Counted from the stretch's first letter, positions 28,021 to 38,789 are shown. The stretch is DNA of 64,000 nucleotides from an uncultured Armatimonadia bacterium (GCA_964565895.1 CAZMGT010000002.1:78510-142509); one strand, 5' to 3'. Made by a program: numbers and translations. The notes: generated from the sequence alone by a model not told the origin.

Positions 28021-28670
28021 CCGAGGGCTCGACCAGCGTTGACCCGCGCAAGCTCTGGGACGAAGTGGTGTTTCGTGTAAAACAGGGCGATGTGCGCCTT
28101 CAGTTGTGGGAGGCAATGGAGCACTGCATCCCCATTGTCGTTGAGGAGAACGTGCTCGTCCTCGGCATCCCCACCCACGAATACCACCGCGCGGGACAGC
28201 TCACCCAGCACGATGTGCGCGAGGAGATCCTCCGCCACTTGCGTGAGATTACCGGGCGCGAGTTGGACTACACCGTGTTCGAGGGCGAAACTCAGGAGCA
28301 GTGGGAGGCATATAAGGAGCGCCGGCGGATGGCCGAGGAGGCCGCCGCCCTGCAGCGCAAGGTCGCCCTAGAGACCGCGGCCAAGCGCAAAACGTGGGAC
28401 GCCCTGGGCCAGGAGCTGCAGGTAAAGTGGGGCCAGCTTCAGGACCGCTCCCTCCCCTGGGTCCTCGCGCGATACCTGCTTGAGGCCTTCCCCCTCGTCG
28501 CCGAGCTCGAGCGCGAGGCCGTTAATAAACCAGAGGACCAGCACCCCATGGAGCGCCGAAACCTCGCCCGCATCCTCTCCCGCCTGGCTACGCACACCAA
28601 CCTGCCGGTAACCCTCGTCGCGCTGGAATACATGCGCTATAAGGAGCGCGAGGGCCTGCCCTCGCTATAG
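28017..28670 (+). CDS. hypothetical cytoplasmic protein translationally coupled to fur
   Basis: Its ATG overlaps the fur TGA (ATGA). The protein is 217 aa, charged and helical, with no recognisable motif. Confidence 0.45.
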   Translation: MTEGSTSVDPRKLWDEVVFRVKQGDVRLQLWEAMEHCIPIVVEENVLVLGIPTHEYHRAGQLTQHDVREEILRHLREITGRELDYTVFEGETQEQWEAYKERRRMAEEAAALQRKVALETAAKRKTWDALGQELQVKWGQLQDRSLPWVLARYLLEAFPLVAELEREAVNKPEDQHPMERRNLARILSRLATHTNLPVTLVALEYMRYKEREGLPSL

Positions 28671-30173
28671 CTCCTCGCCCGCAAGCAGCGCGTCGATCGC
28701 TGGGTTTGGCTCAAGCTCAAACCGCACGAGCGGGTCGCCCTCGAGCAGACCGTCGAGCAGCGCGCGATAGTCGCTCGAGGTATACAGCCAGCGCTTGTCC
28801 ACGCGCACGACGCGCCGCGGCTGTGGGCGCTGCAGGCGCCAGCGACGAACCTCCGGGGCAAGCGCGGCAAACCGCTCGCCCCACGGTGTGCGCCGGCCTT
28901 GCGCGTCGAGCAGCCCGCACACCCTGGTTATCGCGTCGCCCTCGGGGACGTCTTGAAACGCCCAAACGAGCCAGCCGCTGACAAACCCTCTCGTCTCGCG
29001 CACAACGCGCTCGCACCAGCGGGCGTTGGCCTCGCGCGGGCGACGGTTAAACTCCTCGAGGACCACGGGCTTGCCCACATCTGCCCAGCGCGCCCAGATT
29101 TGCAAATAGCGAAGCTGCTTTTCCTCGTCGCCCGGCGGGTAGACGGGGTAAAAGTGAATTCCTACGAAATCCAAAGCACGGGCAATTTCGCGCACGTTAT
29201 ATTCCGGCCCGCGCGCCGGCCCCTCCCACACGGGCTTCCATAGCTGCCGCAAAATGGGGTTCCACTGCACAAAGCCCATCGTGGTCAGCGCCCCGGGGTC
29301 GGCCGCTTTGACCGCGCGGCTTTGGCGAAAGACAAAGCGAAACGCCGCCCACTCGCGAAAAAGCAGATAGTCGTAAAGAAACGCATCGTTTGTTTTGTTT
29401 TCGTTGCCCGGGGTGCCTTCCCGCAGCTCGCGCCAGTTGGCGCTGTTGTTGCCGTCTTCGCCCGGAGGGACAATGTCCTCCACCCGCGCGAACTGCGTGC
29501 CCCAGGCCGCGTTTGCCCTCTCCAGCGAGCCATAGCGGGCAACGGCCCACCTCCCAAACAGGGCCAGCGCCTGCGGCGCGCGCCACCCGCCGAGCGCCGT
29601 CTCCACGCAAAACGAATAGGCCAAAATGCGCCCGTCGCCCGCAAACCGCCGGGCGAGCTCGCGCCACATCTCCTCGAGGATGGCCAGCGACTCCTCGCCA
29701 AAAAATCCCCCGCCGCGATAAAACCACTGGGGCAGACTACGCCAGCCCGGGTGCACGCAGACAATAAGCCTTATCCCGCGCTCGCCGGCAAGCTCCACTG
29801 CGCGCGCAAGCCGGCGCACCGTCCGCTCGTCAAGACGCACCGCCCCGGGCTGCTGCGGATCGGGAAGAATGAGGCCCAGCGGAGCGACAAACTTTAGCGT
29901 GTTTACGCCCAACGCGCGCATAGCGTCGAGGTCCGCGCGCAGGCGCCTCTCGTCCCACGCCTCGCCGAGGTAGTCCGGGGGCCAGCCCGCCCATGCCGCC
30001 GTATAGTTCGTGCCGAACGGGACAAACGGCGCGCCGCTTTTTGCCCCGCGAAACGTCCAGCCGTCAGGGGCGATCTCCACGCGCTCCATCGTCGGCGCGT
30101 TCGCCGCACTAGCCCACCGCACGGCGCACGCCGCCGCGGCGGCCGCGCACAGGGCAATTTCTAACCCACGCAA
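28665..30173 (-). CDS. secreted glycoside hydrolase, GH5-like (cellulase-family TIM barrel)
   Basis: The signal peptide is LEIALCAAAAAACAVRWASA, from a TTG start with a CGAGGAGC SD. The block LGVNTLKF...IRLIVCVHPGW is GH5-like. This is a family-level call only. Confidence 0.45.
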   Translation of the reverse strand: MRGLEIALCAAAAAACAVRWASAANAPTMERVEIAPDGWTFRGAKSGAPFVPFGTNYTAAWAGWPPDYLGEAWDERRLRADLDAMRALGVNTLKFVAPLGLILPDPQQPGAVRLDERTVRRLARAVELAGERGIRLIVCVHPGWRSLPQWFYRGGGFFGEESLAILEEMWRELARRFAGDGRILAYSFCVETALGGWRAPQALALFGRWAVARYGSLERANAAWGTQFARVEDIVPPGEDGNNSANWRELREGTPGNENKTNDAFLYDYLLFREWAAFRFVFRQSRAVKAADPGALTTMGFVQWNPILRQLWKPVWEGPARGPEYNVREIARALDFVGIHFYPVYPPGDEEKQLRYLQIWARWADVGKPVVLEEFNRRPREANARWCERVVRETRGFVSGWLVWAFQDVPEGDAITRVCGLLDAQGRRTPWGERFAALAPEVRRWRLQRPQPRRVVRVDKRWLYTSSDYRALLDGLLEGDPLVRFELEPNPAIDALLAGEEL

Positions 30174-30343
30174 AGCTCCTCGCCTGCCCAGTTTGCTAGC
30201 CCTCTGTTCTGCCTGAAAACGGCGGCGCCCTTGTCCCACAAAGGGTTAATGTTTCCCGCGCGCTGACGTTTTGTTGCTCTTTGTCCGCCTCCGCCGGCCT
30301 GCTGCGCTGAACAGAACCGCCCGCGGCAGACATTTTCTCATTA

Positions 30344-32146
30344 GTGAATGCATTGGGGGGATGCGTAGAGAACAACACGACAACAGGCGCGTGTTACGCC
30401 TGGGAAGGTTTGACCACGTTGGCCATCGTCCGCGGGACGATCGTTGACGCCGCCAGCGGAGAACGCGTCGCCGCCCGAGTAATAATTCGCTGCAGCGACG
30501 GGACAAAGCCGGGGACCGAATATGCCCACATCGAGGGCCTGTTTGCCCACGGCGAGTTCTCCGTGGAGGTCCCTCCGGGCCCGACCACTGTTCTTGTATG
30601 CAAGGGCCCCGCGTTTTACCCCGAGCGCTTTAGCTTTACCGCGACAGAGCTTCGGCCCGTCCAGCTAAACGTTGCTTTGGAGCGCTGGATTCCCTACGAC
30701 GCCCTGGGCTGGGTCGCCGGCGAGACGCACACGCACATGATCCACGGCGAGCGCGAGACATATATTAGCTTCGCCCGCGCGGCGACGATGGCTGCCGCCG
30801 AGGGCTTGGAGTACATCGTTCTCGGCGGCGAGTGGAACGCCGACGACTGCAGCCCCAAAAGCCTCCTGCGCCTTGCCGCGCAGGCGAGCACGCGCGAGAT
30901 ACGGGTGTTTATCGGCAACGAGGCGCCGAAGAATTACTACCGCGGCGATGTCTCCACCTGTCTGGGCCACTGCTGGACCGTAGGCGCCGACCTCTCCGCG
31001 GGCCAGCCTGACCTCTACGCGGAGATCGCCCAGCTCGAGGCCCACGACTACGAGAGCGAAAAGCCCCCGGTGGCCAACTTTGAGCTCATCGCCAAGCTGC
31101 GCGAAGCAGGCGCCGTCATCTGCTACACGCACCCCCTGCGCTGGTGGACCGGGCCCTGGGGCGGGGTAGGGGAGTTCCCTCGCGACGAGCGCAAGTTTAT
31201 CTCAAACTTGGCCGCTGAGCTGCCGTTCGACACCCTCGCCGGCCCCGTCTACGATGGGATAGACATTCTCATGCGCGAGCCGTGGGACGATGCCGCTCAG
31301 CGCCTGTGGTTTATGCTGTTAAACCGCGGCTATCGCTTGGCGGGGACGACTTCGGGCGATATCTGCTTCGACCGCCGCGGGGCGCTTGGCCCGGGGATGA
31401 AATCGCGCTTGTATACCTACCTCGGCGGCGCCGAGCTTTCCCCGCAAAACCTTGCCGCAGCCATTCGCGCCGGCAAAAACGTCGTCAGCACGGGCCCGTT
31501 CCTTACCCTGGCTATTGGCCGAGGGCAAATCGGCGATACGATCGACCCTAGCCCGCCCGAGCACGAGGTGGTCATCGACGCTTGGGCCGCGAGCGCCCAG
31601 GACGAAGCGATTACCAAAGTCGAGCTCCTCCGCCGCGGAGAGACGATCGCCGAGTGGCACCCTGGGGAACACGACGCCACCGTGCAGACAACTGTCTCCG
31701 CCGAGCCCGGCGACTGGTTCGTCGCGCGCTGCTGGGGCCGCGGCGAGGGCCAAGTGGCCATCACCAACCCCATCTACGTCAAATCCTTCGACCGCCCGGA
31801 GCCCGCGATGGCCCACGTCGAGGTGCGCGTGGTCGATGCGATTACCGGGGAGTCGCTCCGCGCCAGGGTTGAGGAAATCGCCATTGTCGGCGCGGAGCAG
31901 CGCCGCCTGGCCACCCATACCCTGCCCATCGGTTATGCCGAGCTGCTCGTTCCGATCACCCGGCGCCTGCGCGCCTCCGCCCCGGGCTATCAGCCGCAAA
32001 CGCTAAGCCTGCTGTTCGACGTCGACCGCGTGCGCGAGTGGACGCTCGGCCTGCGCGCAGAAGACCTTGTCCGCGAAGATGTTCTCGACGAGCTGTTGCG
32101 CCTGCTTGAGCGCTGCCGGCTAACGTTCCGCCTCTCGCGCGCCTAG
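30344..32146 (+). CDS. PHP-domain / CehA-McbA-like metallohydrolase with an N-terminal carboxypeptidase-regulatory-like beta-sandwich
   Basis: VRGTIVDAASGERVAARVII is CarbopepD_reg-like. GETHTHMIHGE is the PHP HxH metal motif. The start is uncertain. Confidence 0.45.
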   Translation: MNALGGCVENNTTTGACYAWEGLTTLAIVRGTIVDAASGERVAARVIIRCSDGTKPGTEYAHIEGLFAHGEFSVEVPPGPTTVLVCKGPAFYPERFSFTATELRPVQLNVALERWIPYDALGWVAGETHTHMIHGERETYISFARAATMAAAEGLEYIVLGGEWNADDCSPKSLLRLAAQASTREIRVFIGNEAPKNYYRGDVSTCLGHCWTVGADLSAGQPDLYAEIAQLEAHDYESEKPPVANFELIAKLREAGAVICYTHPLRWWTGPWGGVGEFPRDERKFISNLAAELPFDTLAGPVYDGIDILMREPWDDAAQRLWFMLLNRGYRLAGTTSGDICFDRRGALGPGMKSRLYTYLGGAELSPQNLAAAIRAGKNVVSTGPFLTLAIGRGQIGDTIDPSPPEHEVVIDAWAASAQDEAITKVELLRRGETIAEWHPGEHDATVQTTVSAEPGDWFVARCWGRGEGQVAITNPIYVKSFDRPEPAMAHVEVRVVDAITGESLRARVEEIAIVGAEQRRLATHTLPIGYAELLVPITRRLRASAPGYQPQTLSLLFDVDRVREWTLGLRAEDLVREDVLDELLRLLERCRLTFRLSRA

Positions 32147-34618
32147 CGCCGCGGCAACGGCCTCCGCCCGCAGCGTGTCGCAGACGATGTAGACGGGTTG
32201 GTCGTCGAGCTGCGTCGGCCGCTCGCTTGGCGCGCCGAGCATGTCGAAAAACTTAACCCCGGCCTTGGGCAGGGCGAGATCCTCGAAAAACAGCGGCTCC
32301 CACGCCCATAGGGCGAAAATCTCTTCCTTGCCGCGCCGCCAGCGGAAGGCGCAAAGCCGGCTGTCGCCGCGGACGAGCTGCGGCCGCGCGTCCCCGCCCA
32401 TCATGTCCAGCGCGACAAGCAGAGCCACGGCGGCAGCCCTGGGCCTCGGGCCATAGGCGAAAAACGGGTTGCTCATCGTCTCCCCGTGCGGCGTGGCCGC
32501 TTCGGGCAGCGCGGCGAAGAACACGCGCGACGCTCCCGCCCACGTTAACACGACCATCGCGCGGGCCACTGCAGCGGCGGCGGCAAGCTCATCCTCGGCG
32601 GCGCGGGCTATTCCCTCGGCCCACAGCTCGCGCCCGCGCAGCGCGGCAAGCAGCCGCAGCTCCTCGGCCGCCTCCTCGCCTGTCCTTAGCTGCGGGAAGA
32701 CGACGGCAATGTCCGCCGCGCGTGTCGCGCACGAGCCGAGCAGCAGATCGCGCGGGAGCGAAAGCGCCAGCGGCCGCCGCGTCGTTTGGCAGAGGCAGCG
32801 GCGCGCGGCCAGGGCAAGCCAGGCAAAATCATCCGCGGAAAGTTGCCCCTGGGGCGCGTTTTGCTCGGCATCGTAGAAAAGCTGCCACGCTGCGGCGCGT
32901 TTTCCGGCAAACCGCGCCAGCTCTTGCAAAAATTCCTCAAAGTCAAGCGCCTTCCGCGGAGGATACCAGCACAGCGCCGAGCCCCCGCTCGCCGTGCTCA
33001 GCGACTCCGCAGCCGCCGGCCCCGCGGAAGCCCAGCGCGCGCAAGGCGCCGCGAGCAGGACAACTGTGCTCAGCCCTTCGCGCGCGGCAAAGCTCAGCAG
33101 CTCGTCCGCCGGGGCAAAGTTCACGGAGCCCTCCTTGCCGCTTGCCGCGTCCCAGCTTGCGCTGCGGTCGAGCACCCAGTTTATCCCGAGCTTCTTAACC
33201 GCTTGGGCAAGCGCCCCCGATGCTGGGAGATGGTCCAGCCCAAGCCTCGGGGCGAGCGGGCTCAGCTTCGCCCGCGGCGCGCAGAAAAGCCTCATGCGCC
33301 GCTCGCGCTCGCATCGCTCGCCGCGCACGCGGAGCGAGACGGCATACACCCCGCTGTGCTTAAGCTCTACCGCGACGGGCAGCTCGGCCCGCTCCCCAGG
33401 CCTCAGACGAACGGGAAACCAACGCCAAAGGACGCGGCGCCCGCAGTGGTCAAAACACGAAAGCTTAATCGCGGCCTGCGCCGCCTCGCGTCCCGCGTTC
33501 GCCGCGCAAATGTTCAGCTTCGCCCGGTCGCCGGGCGCCGCGAACATTTCGCCCTCGCTTATTATCCCAACCTCGATGTTGTGCGCTGGTCTATAGCTAG
33601 TTGCTTTGCTCCTTGGCTCAAGCTGCACGGCGTCGACCCACAGCGTGGCCTCTTTGAGCTGCGACTTGTCCAAGTCAAGCCCAACGGCAACCCACCCGCG
33701 CGAAGCGCTGGGGACAAACGTCGCGCAATACCTCCCCCATGCCTGCGAAACGCTCGCCTCGGCCCACCGCGGCTCGCTTTGGCCTTCTGAAAGCAGGCCG
33801 AGCAAGGCAACGACTCCCGGCGGCTCGCTGCGCAGGTATGCCGAGAGGGTCATCGGCTTTCCCCGATCCAGCGCCGAGGGCTCAAGCGCGACGGCGGAGA
33901 TCCTCGCCAGCGCGCGGCTTTCCGGCGCGGGCCAGTCGAAAAACAGCCGCGGCAGCTTCTCCCGCTCCAGGCACAAGCGCAAACAGCGCTCGCCGCGCAG
34001 CGCACGGCCGCTCAGCGCGCCGAGGAAGCTTTCCGCCTCAAGCGTCGCCCATCCGCAAAGCCCCAGCTCAAAGCTTGAGTTAAACACGCGGTTTTTGTGG
34101 CGGCAGGGGGCCAATGGCGGCCCCAGCCAGGGCCACACCTCCGCCACCTGCGGCTGAGCGACGTACAGCGTCCCCCCGCTGAAAAATCGCAGGACAACGC
34201 TAACCTCGCGCACCTCGCGCGGGCATACAAACCTCCGCGCAAACGACCGCCAGCGCAAACCCGGCCGCACGCGCCAGGCTGACCCGAGCGCGGCGCCAGT
34301 TTGCCCATCGCGCAGGAGAATTTCCACCTCCGGCCCGCGAACGCGCACGTGCCTGCAGGCTAGGGAAAGCTCATATGCCGCGCCCGCTCGCAGGGGCAGG
34401 GGCAAGCGCCAAGCAAGCTCAACCGCGCCGCCGCGAAATTCCGCGCACCGCACACGGACCGCCGGCTCGCCCGCCGGGCCAACTGTCGGCTCAAGCTGCG
34501 CGACGTTCTCGCCGGCATTCAGCGTATACGGGACCAGTTCCGCCCCCGCGGGGGCTGCCGGCTGCTGCGGCGCTGCGGCGCCGAGAAGTGGCAAAAAGGC
34601 CAAAGCTGTGGGTATCAT
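32120..34618 (-). CDS. large secreted hypothetical protein with beta-sandwich / CBM-like domains
   Basis: The signal peptide MIPTALAFLPLLGAAAP follows the internal ATG at 34618. The protein is about 830 aa with no catalytic motif that I recognise. Confidence 0.4.
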   Translation of the reverse strand: MIPTALAFLPLLGAAAPQQPAAPAGAELVPYTLNAGENVAQLEPTVGPAGEPAVRVRCAEFRGGAVELAWRLPLPLRAGAAYELSLACRHVRVRGPEVEILLRDGQTGAALGSAWRVRPGLRWRSFARRFVCPREVREVSVVLRFFSGGTLYVAQPQVAEVWPWLGPPLAPCRHKNRVFNSSFELGLCGWATLEAESFLGALSGRALRGERCLRLCLEREKLPRLFFDWPAPESRALARISAVALEPSALDRGKPMTLSAYLRSEPPGVVALLGLLSEGQSEPRWAEASVSQAWGRYCATFVPSASRGWVAVGLDLDKSQLKEATLWVDAVQLEPRSKATSYRPAHNIEVGIISEGEMFAAPGDRAKLNICAANAGREAAQAAIKLSCFDHCGRRVLWRWFPVRLRPGERAELPVAVELKHSGVYAVSLRVRGERCERERRMRLFCAPRAKLSPLAPRLGLDHLPASGALAQAVKKLGINWVLDRSASWDAASGKEGSVNFAPADELLSFAAREGLSTVVLLAAPCARWASAGPAAAESLSTASGGSALCWYPPRKALDFEEFLQELARFAGKRAAAWQLFYDAEQNAPQGQLSADDFAWLALAARRCLCQTTRRPLALSLPRDLLLGSCATRAADIAVVFPQLRTGEEAAEELRLLAALRGRELWAEGIARAAEDELAAAAAVARAMVVLTWAGASRVFFAALPEAATPHGETMSNPFFAYGPRPRAAAVALLVALDMMGGDARPQLVRGDSRLCAFRWRRGKEEIFALWAWEPLFFEDLALPKAGVKFFDMLGAPSERPTQLDDQPVYIVCDTLRAEAVAAALGAREAER

Positions 34619-34750
34619 TTTTTTTCCGACAAGCGCGTGTCGCTCCAGGTCATGATTCACTTAACGGGGCAGCTCGTCCTGCGTGGCCCCGACTGGGAGC
34701 GGGGAAGGCCCGCGCCCGCCAATAGCGAACGATGAACAGGGAGAGGGACA

Positions 34751-36223
34751 ATGGGCCAGATCTTAGCGCTGGCCATCGGTGCCTTAACGCTGTGGGAGCT
34801 TTTGTGGAACGCCGTTGTTCCCCTGCAAGGCCTGCTTGGGCACTTCCGCCCGGGAGCCCCGCGCCGGCGCGCAAAATGGCTTCTCCGCGCGAGCCTGAAG
34901 GTCCCCACGATCTTCGGCATGTCCACACGCTTGTCCAAAACCCTGCGCCTCGCTGCCATCTTAAACGCCGACCGCGAGTTTGCCGCGGCGGAGCAGCTCT
35001 GTCGCCAGGCGTTGGCTGGGGAGCACGCGGATAGCCTGCGCACGGTTGGCCTGCGCATCGAGCTCAGCCGCGCCCTCGACGGCCAGTGGAAGATCGCCGA
35101 AGCCGTCGCCGAGGGCCGCCGGGCATGCGAGATTCTCGAGCGCGGCGGCGCGCAAACCGGCCCCCTTGCCTTGGAGACGGCCAACGTGCTCGAATATCAG
35201 GGCAAGTACGACGAGGCGGTAGACGTTCTCCGGCGAGCGCTATATGACCGCAGGCTGCGCGGATACCAGCAGCGGCTGGTTATCGCGCGCTATCTCTCCG
35301 GCTGCCTCGCGCTCCGCCGAAACGTCGAGGCCTATCGCTTTGCCCTCAGCCTTTCCCCGGAAACTTTGTGGGGCGGCCCCAGCCCCGTGCGCTCGCTTAT
35401 GCTCACCGCGCTTACTTGGCTCTATTGCTATTTCGGCTACCTGCGCCACGCCGCGGCGACCGCCGCCGCGGTAACGCACCAACCGCTGCGCCTGCGCGCC
35501 ATTTCCTTCGTCCTCGCCTATAGCGGCCGGCTGACTGAGGCGACGATGGTCATGCGCCAGGCGAGCATGCTCTCCGCGGACGAGCGCTATCCGGACCCCA
35601 TGTACCTCACGCTGCTCGGGCTAAGCGGGCAGTTTCAGCAGATAGTGGACGAGCTGCGCGGGAGGGTGGAACACATTGCCGACGGCGGGACGTCCGAGCG
35701 CCGCTTGCTTGGGGTATGCCTCGCCGTCCTCGGCCACGCATACCTTATGCTTGCCGACTATAACGCGGCGATCGCCCCCCTCCGCCGCGTGGACGAGATC
35801 CCTGGCCAGCAGAACTTCGTGCGCGCCGCAGCGCATAGCGACCTCGCGGCAGCGTTCGGCGCTCTGCGCCGCTTGGCGGAGGCCGAAGAGCACCTGGCCC
35901 GTGCGCGCAGCCTGTGGCAGGCCGTCCATAATGACAGCATAACGGGTGGCGAGGGCGGCGTTTATATAGGCCGCGCGCTGCTGTCTATGGGGCGGGCGCT
36001 GGCCGCGCGCGACGAGCTTTACCACGCGGCGGCGAACATCTCCGACCCTCTCCTGCGTCCGGCGGCGCTCTACTGGCTCGGCGCTGCGGAGCGCGAACTG
36101 GGGAACACACACTCCGCAGCCGCGTGCTTCGAGCAGGCCGCGGCAAGCTGCGTTGCCACATATTGCGCGCGTCAGGCGCAGGCCGAGCTTGCCCGCCTGC
36201 GCAGTAGCTCGGGCGGCCGCTAG
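34751..36223 (+). CDS. tetratricopeptide (TPR) repeat protein
   Basis: It has repeated amphipathic helical pairs of about 34 aa with A/L/Y/G periodicity, and no enzymatic motif. Confidence 0.5.
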   Translation: MGQILALAIGALTLWELLWNAVVPLQGLLGHFRPGAPRRRAKWLLRASLKVPTIFGMSTRLSKTLRLAAILNADREFAAAEQLCRQALAGEHADSLRTVGLRIELSRALDGQWKIAEAVAEGRRACEILERGGAQTGPLALETANVLEYQGKYDEAVDVLRRALYDRRLRGYQQRLVIARYLSGCLALRRNVEAYRFALSLSPETLWGGPSPVRSLMLTALTWLYCYFGYLRHAAATAAAVTHQPLRLRAISFVLAYSGRLTEATMVMRQASMLSADERYPDPMYLTLLGLSGQFQQIVDELRGRVEHIADGGTSERRLLGVCLAVLGHAYLMLADYNAAIAPLRRVDEIPGQQNFVRAAAHSDLAAAFGALRRLAEAEEHLARARSLWQAVHNDSITGGEGGVYIGRALLSMGRALAARDELYHAAANISDPLLRPAALYWLGAAERELGNTHSAAACFEQAAASCVATYCARQAQAELARLRSSSGGR

Positions 36224-36267
36224 CCGCTGCGCTAGTTGTTGCTTCCTCTTTGCTGTGCGTCCGCCGC

Positions 36268-36298
36268 TTGGCCTGTGCTGTTTGCGCTATCTATAATA
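36268..36298 (+). promoter_or_regulatory. candidate promoter (TTGGCC-19-TATAAT) upstream of the GH140-like gene
   Basis: A perfect TATAAT lies at 36293-36298 in GC-rich surroundings. The -35 is weak and the spacer is long. Confidence 0.25.
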
Positions 36299-36365
36299 GG
36301 CTCCAGATCGCCCTAGGTCGGCTGCGAGGCACGTCGCTCTTGGAAGATGCAGGGAGGCTGGGCAA

Positions 36366-38789
36366 ATGTCCTGTCTTTTGCTCGCGCTCTCGCTGGCAAC
36401 GCTGCTGCTCGTGCACGACGCCCAAAGCGCCGAACCAACCGTTGAGCGCTGGGGCATCTTCGAGGTTGAGCTTAAGCAACAAGGCGAGTACGAAAACCCG
36501 TTTAGGCAGGTGTTCCTAAAGGGAACGTTTCGCTGCGGGGAAACGACGATCGTTTGCCACGGATTTTACGACGGAGGGAAAACGTGGAAGATCCGCGTCA
36601 TGCCCACTGTCGTTGGGCGCTGGAGTTATCGCACGGAATCAAACGACCCTGGGCTTGCCGGCAAGACGGGCGCCTTTCGCTGCGTCCCTCCCTCAAAGGG
36701 CAACCATGGGCCAATTGTCGTGCGCAACACCTATCATTTCGCCAATGCCGACGGCACACCTTATTACCCCGTGGGGACAACGCTTTACAACTGGCTTCAT
36801 CGCGAGGAGCAGTTGCAAGAACAAACACTTCAAACATTGCGCCAACACTGCTTTAACAAGGTTCGCTGCTGCGTTTTCCCCAAATGGTATACCTATAATC
36901 ATGTAGAGCCGCCACTTTATCCGTGGCCCAAAAAAGAAAACGGACAGTTCGACTACGACCGATTTAACCCGGAATACTTCAGACATATCGAACGCCGACT
37001 CAACGATCTCTTGGAGTTAGGAATCATCGCCGACCTTATCTTGTTCCACCCTTACGATAAATGGGGTCACTCAAAGATGACCCCGGAGCAGGACGATGCT
37101 TACCTAAAATATGTAATCGCGCGGTTTGCTGCTTTTCGCAATGTGTGGTGGACGCTGGCGAACGAATATGACCTGGTAAAACCGCCCAAGAATTGGGACC
37201 ACATCTTTCAGCTAATACGCGATCTCGACCCCTACGACCACCCGCGCTCTATCCACAATTGCCGTGAGTGGTACGACCACGGCAAGCCCTGGGTTACCCA
37301 CTGCAATATACAAAAGCAGGGGGGCGATGTATATCAGACGGCTGTCCAGGCACGGGAGAAGTATGGCAAGCCCGTGGTGATCGACGAGTACGGCTACGAG
37401 GGCGACGTCAAGCAGCGCTGGGGTTCGCTTTCCCCCGAGGAGGAGACGCAGCGGCACTGGGCCGCGGCGCTCGCCGGGGCTTATGCCTCGCACGGCGAGA
37501 CGTACTATAACCCCGAGGAGAAGCTATGGTGGTCCGTCGGAGGCAAGCTGATCGGAAAAAGCCCCGCGCGCATTGCCTTTCTCAAACAAACAATGGCCGC
37601 CGCGCCATACGAGGAGATGGCCCCGGACCCGCAGTTTTCCCCGGGCGATTACGCCTTGTGCAAAAAGGGCGAATATTACCTCGTCTACCTCACCAGCGAA
37701 GCCCCGCGCACCCTTTCCCTGCCCGCCGACCTGCCCTTTCGCGTGGACGCCATCGATACGTGGAACATGACGATAACCCCGCTCAACGACGTTCTCGACG
37801 GCCGGCTAACGTTCACGCCGCCGGGGCCGTATTACCTGCTGCGCATCGTGGCCTATGGCGCGGGCGAAAGGCGGCGGCCGCGCGCCGAGGGAAGCGTCGA
37901 GCCGCGCGAAGGCGTCGCTCCGCTTGCCGTGCGCTTTTCCTGCCCGGGCAACCTTCCGGTGCTCTGGGACTTCGGCGACGGCGCGCGCTCCGCCGAGCGC
38001 GTCGCCCAGCACACCTACGCAAAACCAGGGCTTTATCGGGTCTCGCTTACCGTAACCGATGACCGCGGGGAAAAGGCCACGCAGTTTTTCACCATAGCCG
38101 CCGACGTTGCGCTGGGCGAGCCGCTTGTGCGCGTGGGCGTTGCCCAGGGCGAGGCGCCGGCGGTTGCTTTTCGCGGGCCGGTGGCGCGGACAGCAGACGG
38201 CGGGCTAAACTTCGGCGCGGGCGAGCCGTGGAAATGGGTTTCCGTGGGCGAGGGGCCGCTTGCTCAGCTCGAAGGTCTGCGCTCGTTTACCATCCTCGGC
38301 TGGCTCAAGCCCGTCGCCTTGCAGACAGGCAGCGGCGGAAACCGCATTGCTTTTAACCTAAACTACAACAAATCCGGCTTCGACCTTGTCCACCTCAGCG
38401 ATGGGCGGCTGAGGCTCGCCGTAAACGAGTGGCCGGACAAAATCTCAAACGACAGCTCGCCGGGAAAGCTCAAGCGCGGACAATGGACGTTCTTCGCTGT
38501 CTCCTACGATTCGACCAAAGACAAAGACAATGTTTGTTGGTATTTTGGTGACCTTAATACTCCCGCATCGCTCGACAAAACAAATACCTATAATCGTGGG
38601 CCGACAGGTAGAAATAGCGGCCCATTAACCGTGGGAAACTACAACGAAACGATCCATCGCCACGGGCTAGACAGACAGTTTCGTGGAATAATCCATGCCC
38701 TTCACATTTTCGGGAGCAAGATTTTTCGCTCGGGTGTGCTAGACCCAAAGACAATAAGGGAGCTACAAGCAAAAACACAACCCAAGTAG
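36366..38789 (+). CDS. secreted multi-domain glycosidase-like protein: DUF5060 plus DUF4038 (GH140-like) core, a PKD domain and a C-terminal LamG/ConA-like lectin domain
   Basis: A GGGAGG RBS is present. The signal peptide is LLLALSLATLLLVHDAQSA. DUF5060- and DUF4038-like N-terminal regions (WTLANEYD) are followed by a PKD signature WDFGDG...HTYAKPGLYRVSLTVTD and a LamG-like tail. GC is mosaic (see findings). Confidence 0.5.
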   Translation: MSCLLLALSLATLLLVHDAQSAEPTVERWGIFEVELKQQGEYENPFRQVFLKGTFRCGETTIVCHGFYDGGKTWKIRVMPTVVGRWSYRTESNDPGLAGKTGAFRCVPPSKGNHGPIVVRNTYHFANADGTPYYPVGTTLYNWLHREEQLQEQTLQTLRQHCFNKVRCCVFPKWYTYNHVEPPLYPWPKKENGQFDYDRFNPEYFRHIERRLNDLLELGIIADLILFHPYDKWGHSKMTPEQDDAYLKYVIARFAAFRNVWWTLANEYDLVKPPKNWDHIFQLIRDLDPYDHPRSIHNCREWYDHGKPWVTHCNIQKQGGDVYQTAVQAREKYGKPVVIDEYGYEGDVKQRWGSLSPEEETQRHWAAALAGAYASHGETYYNPEEKLWWSVGGKLIGKSPARIAFLKQTMAAAPYEEMAPDPQFSPGDYALCKKGEYYLVYLTSEAPRTLSLPADLPFRVDAIDTWNMTITPLNDVLDGRLTFTPPGPYYLLRIVAYGAGERRRPRAEGSVEPREGVAPLAVRFSCPGNLPVLWDFGDGARSAERVAQHTYAKPGLYRVSLTVTDDRGEKATQFFTIAADVALGEPLVRVGVAQGEAPAVAFRGPVARTADGGLNFGAGEPWKWVSVGEGPLAQLEGLRSFTILGWLKPVALQTGSGGNRIAFNLNYNKSGFDLVHLSDGRLRLAVNEWPDKISNDSSPGKLKRGQWTFFAVSYDSTKDKDNVCWYFGDLNTPASLDKTNTYNRGPTGRNSGPLTVGNYNETIHRHGLDRQFRGIIHALHIFGSKIFRSGVLDPKTIRELQAKTQPK

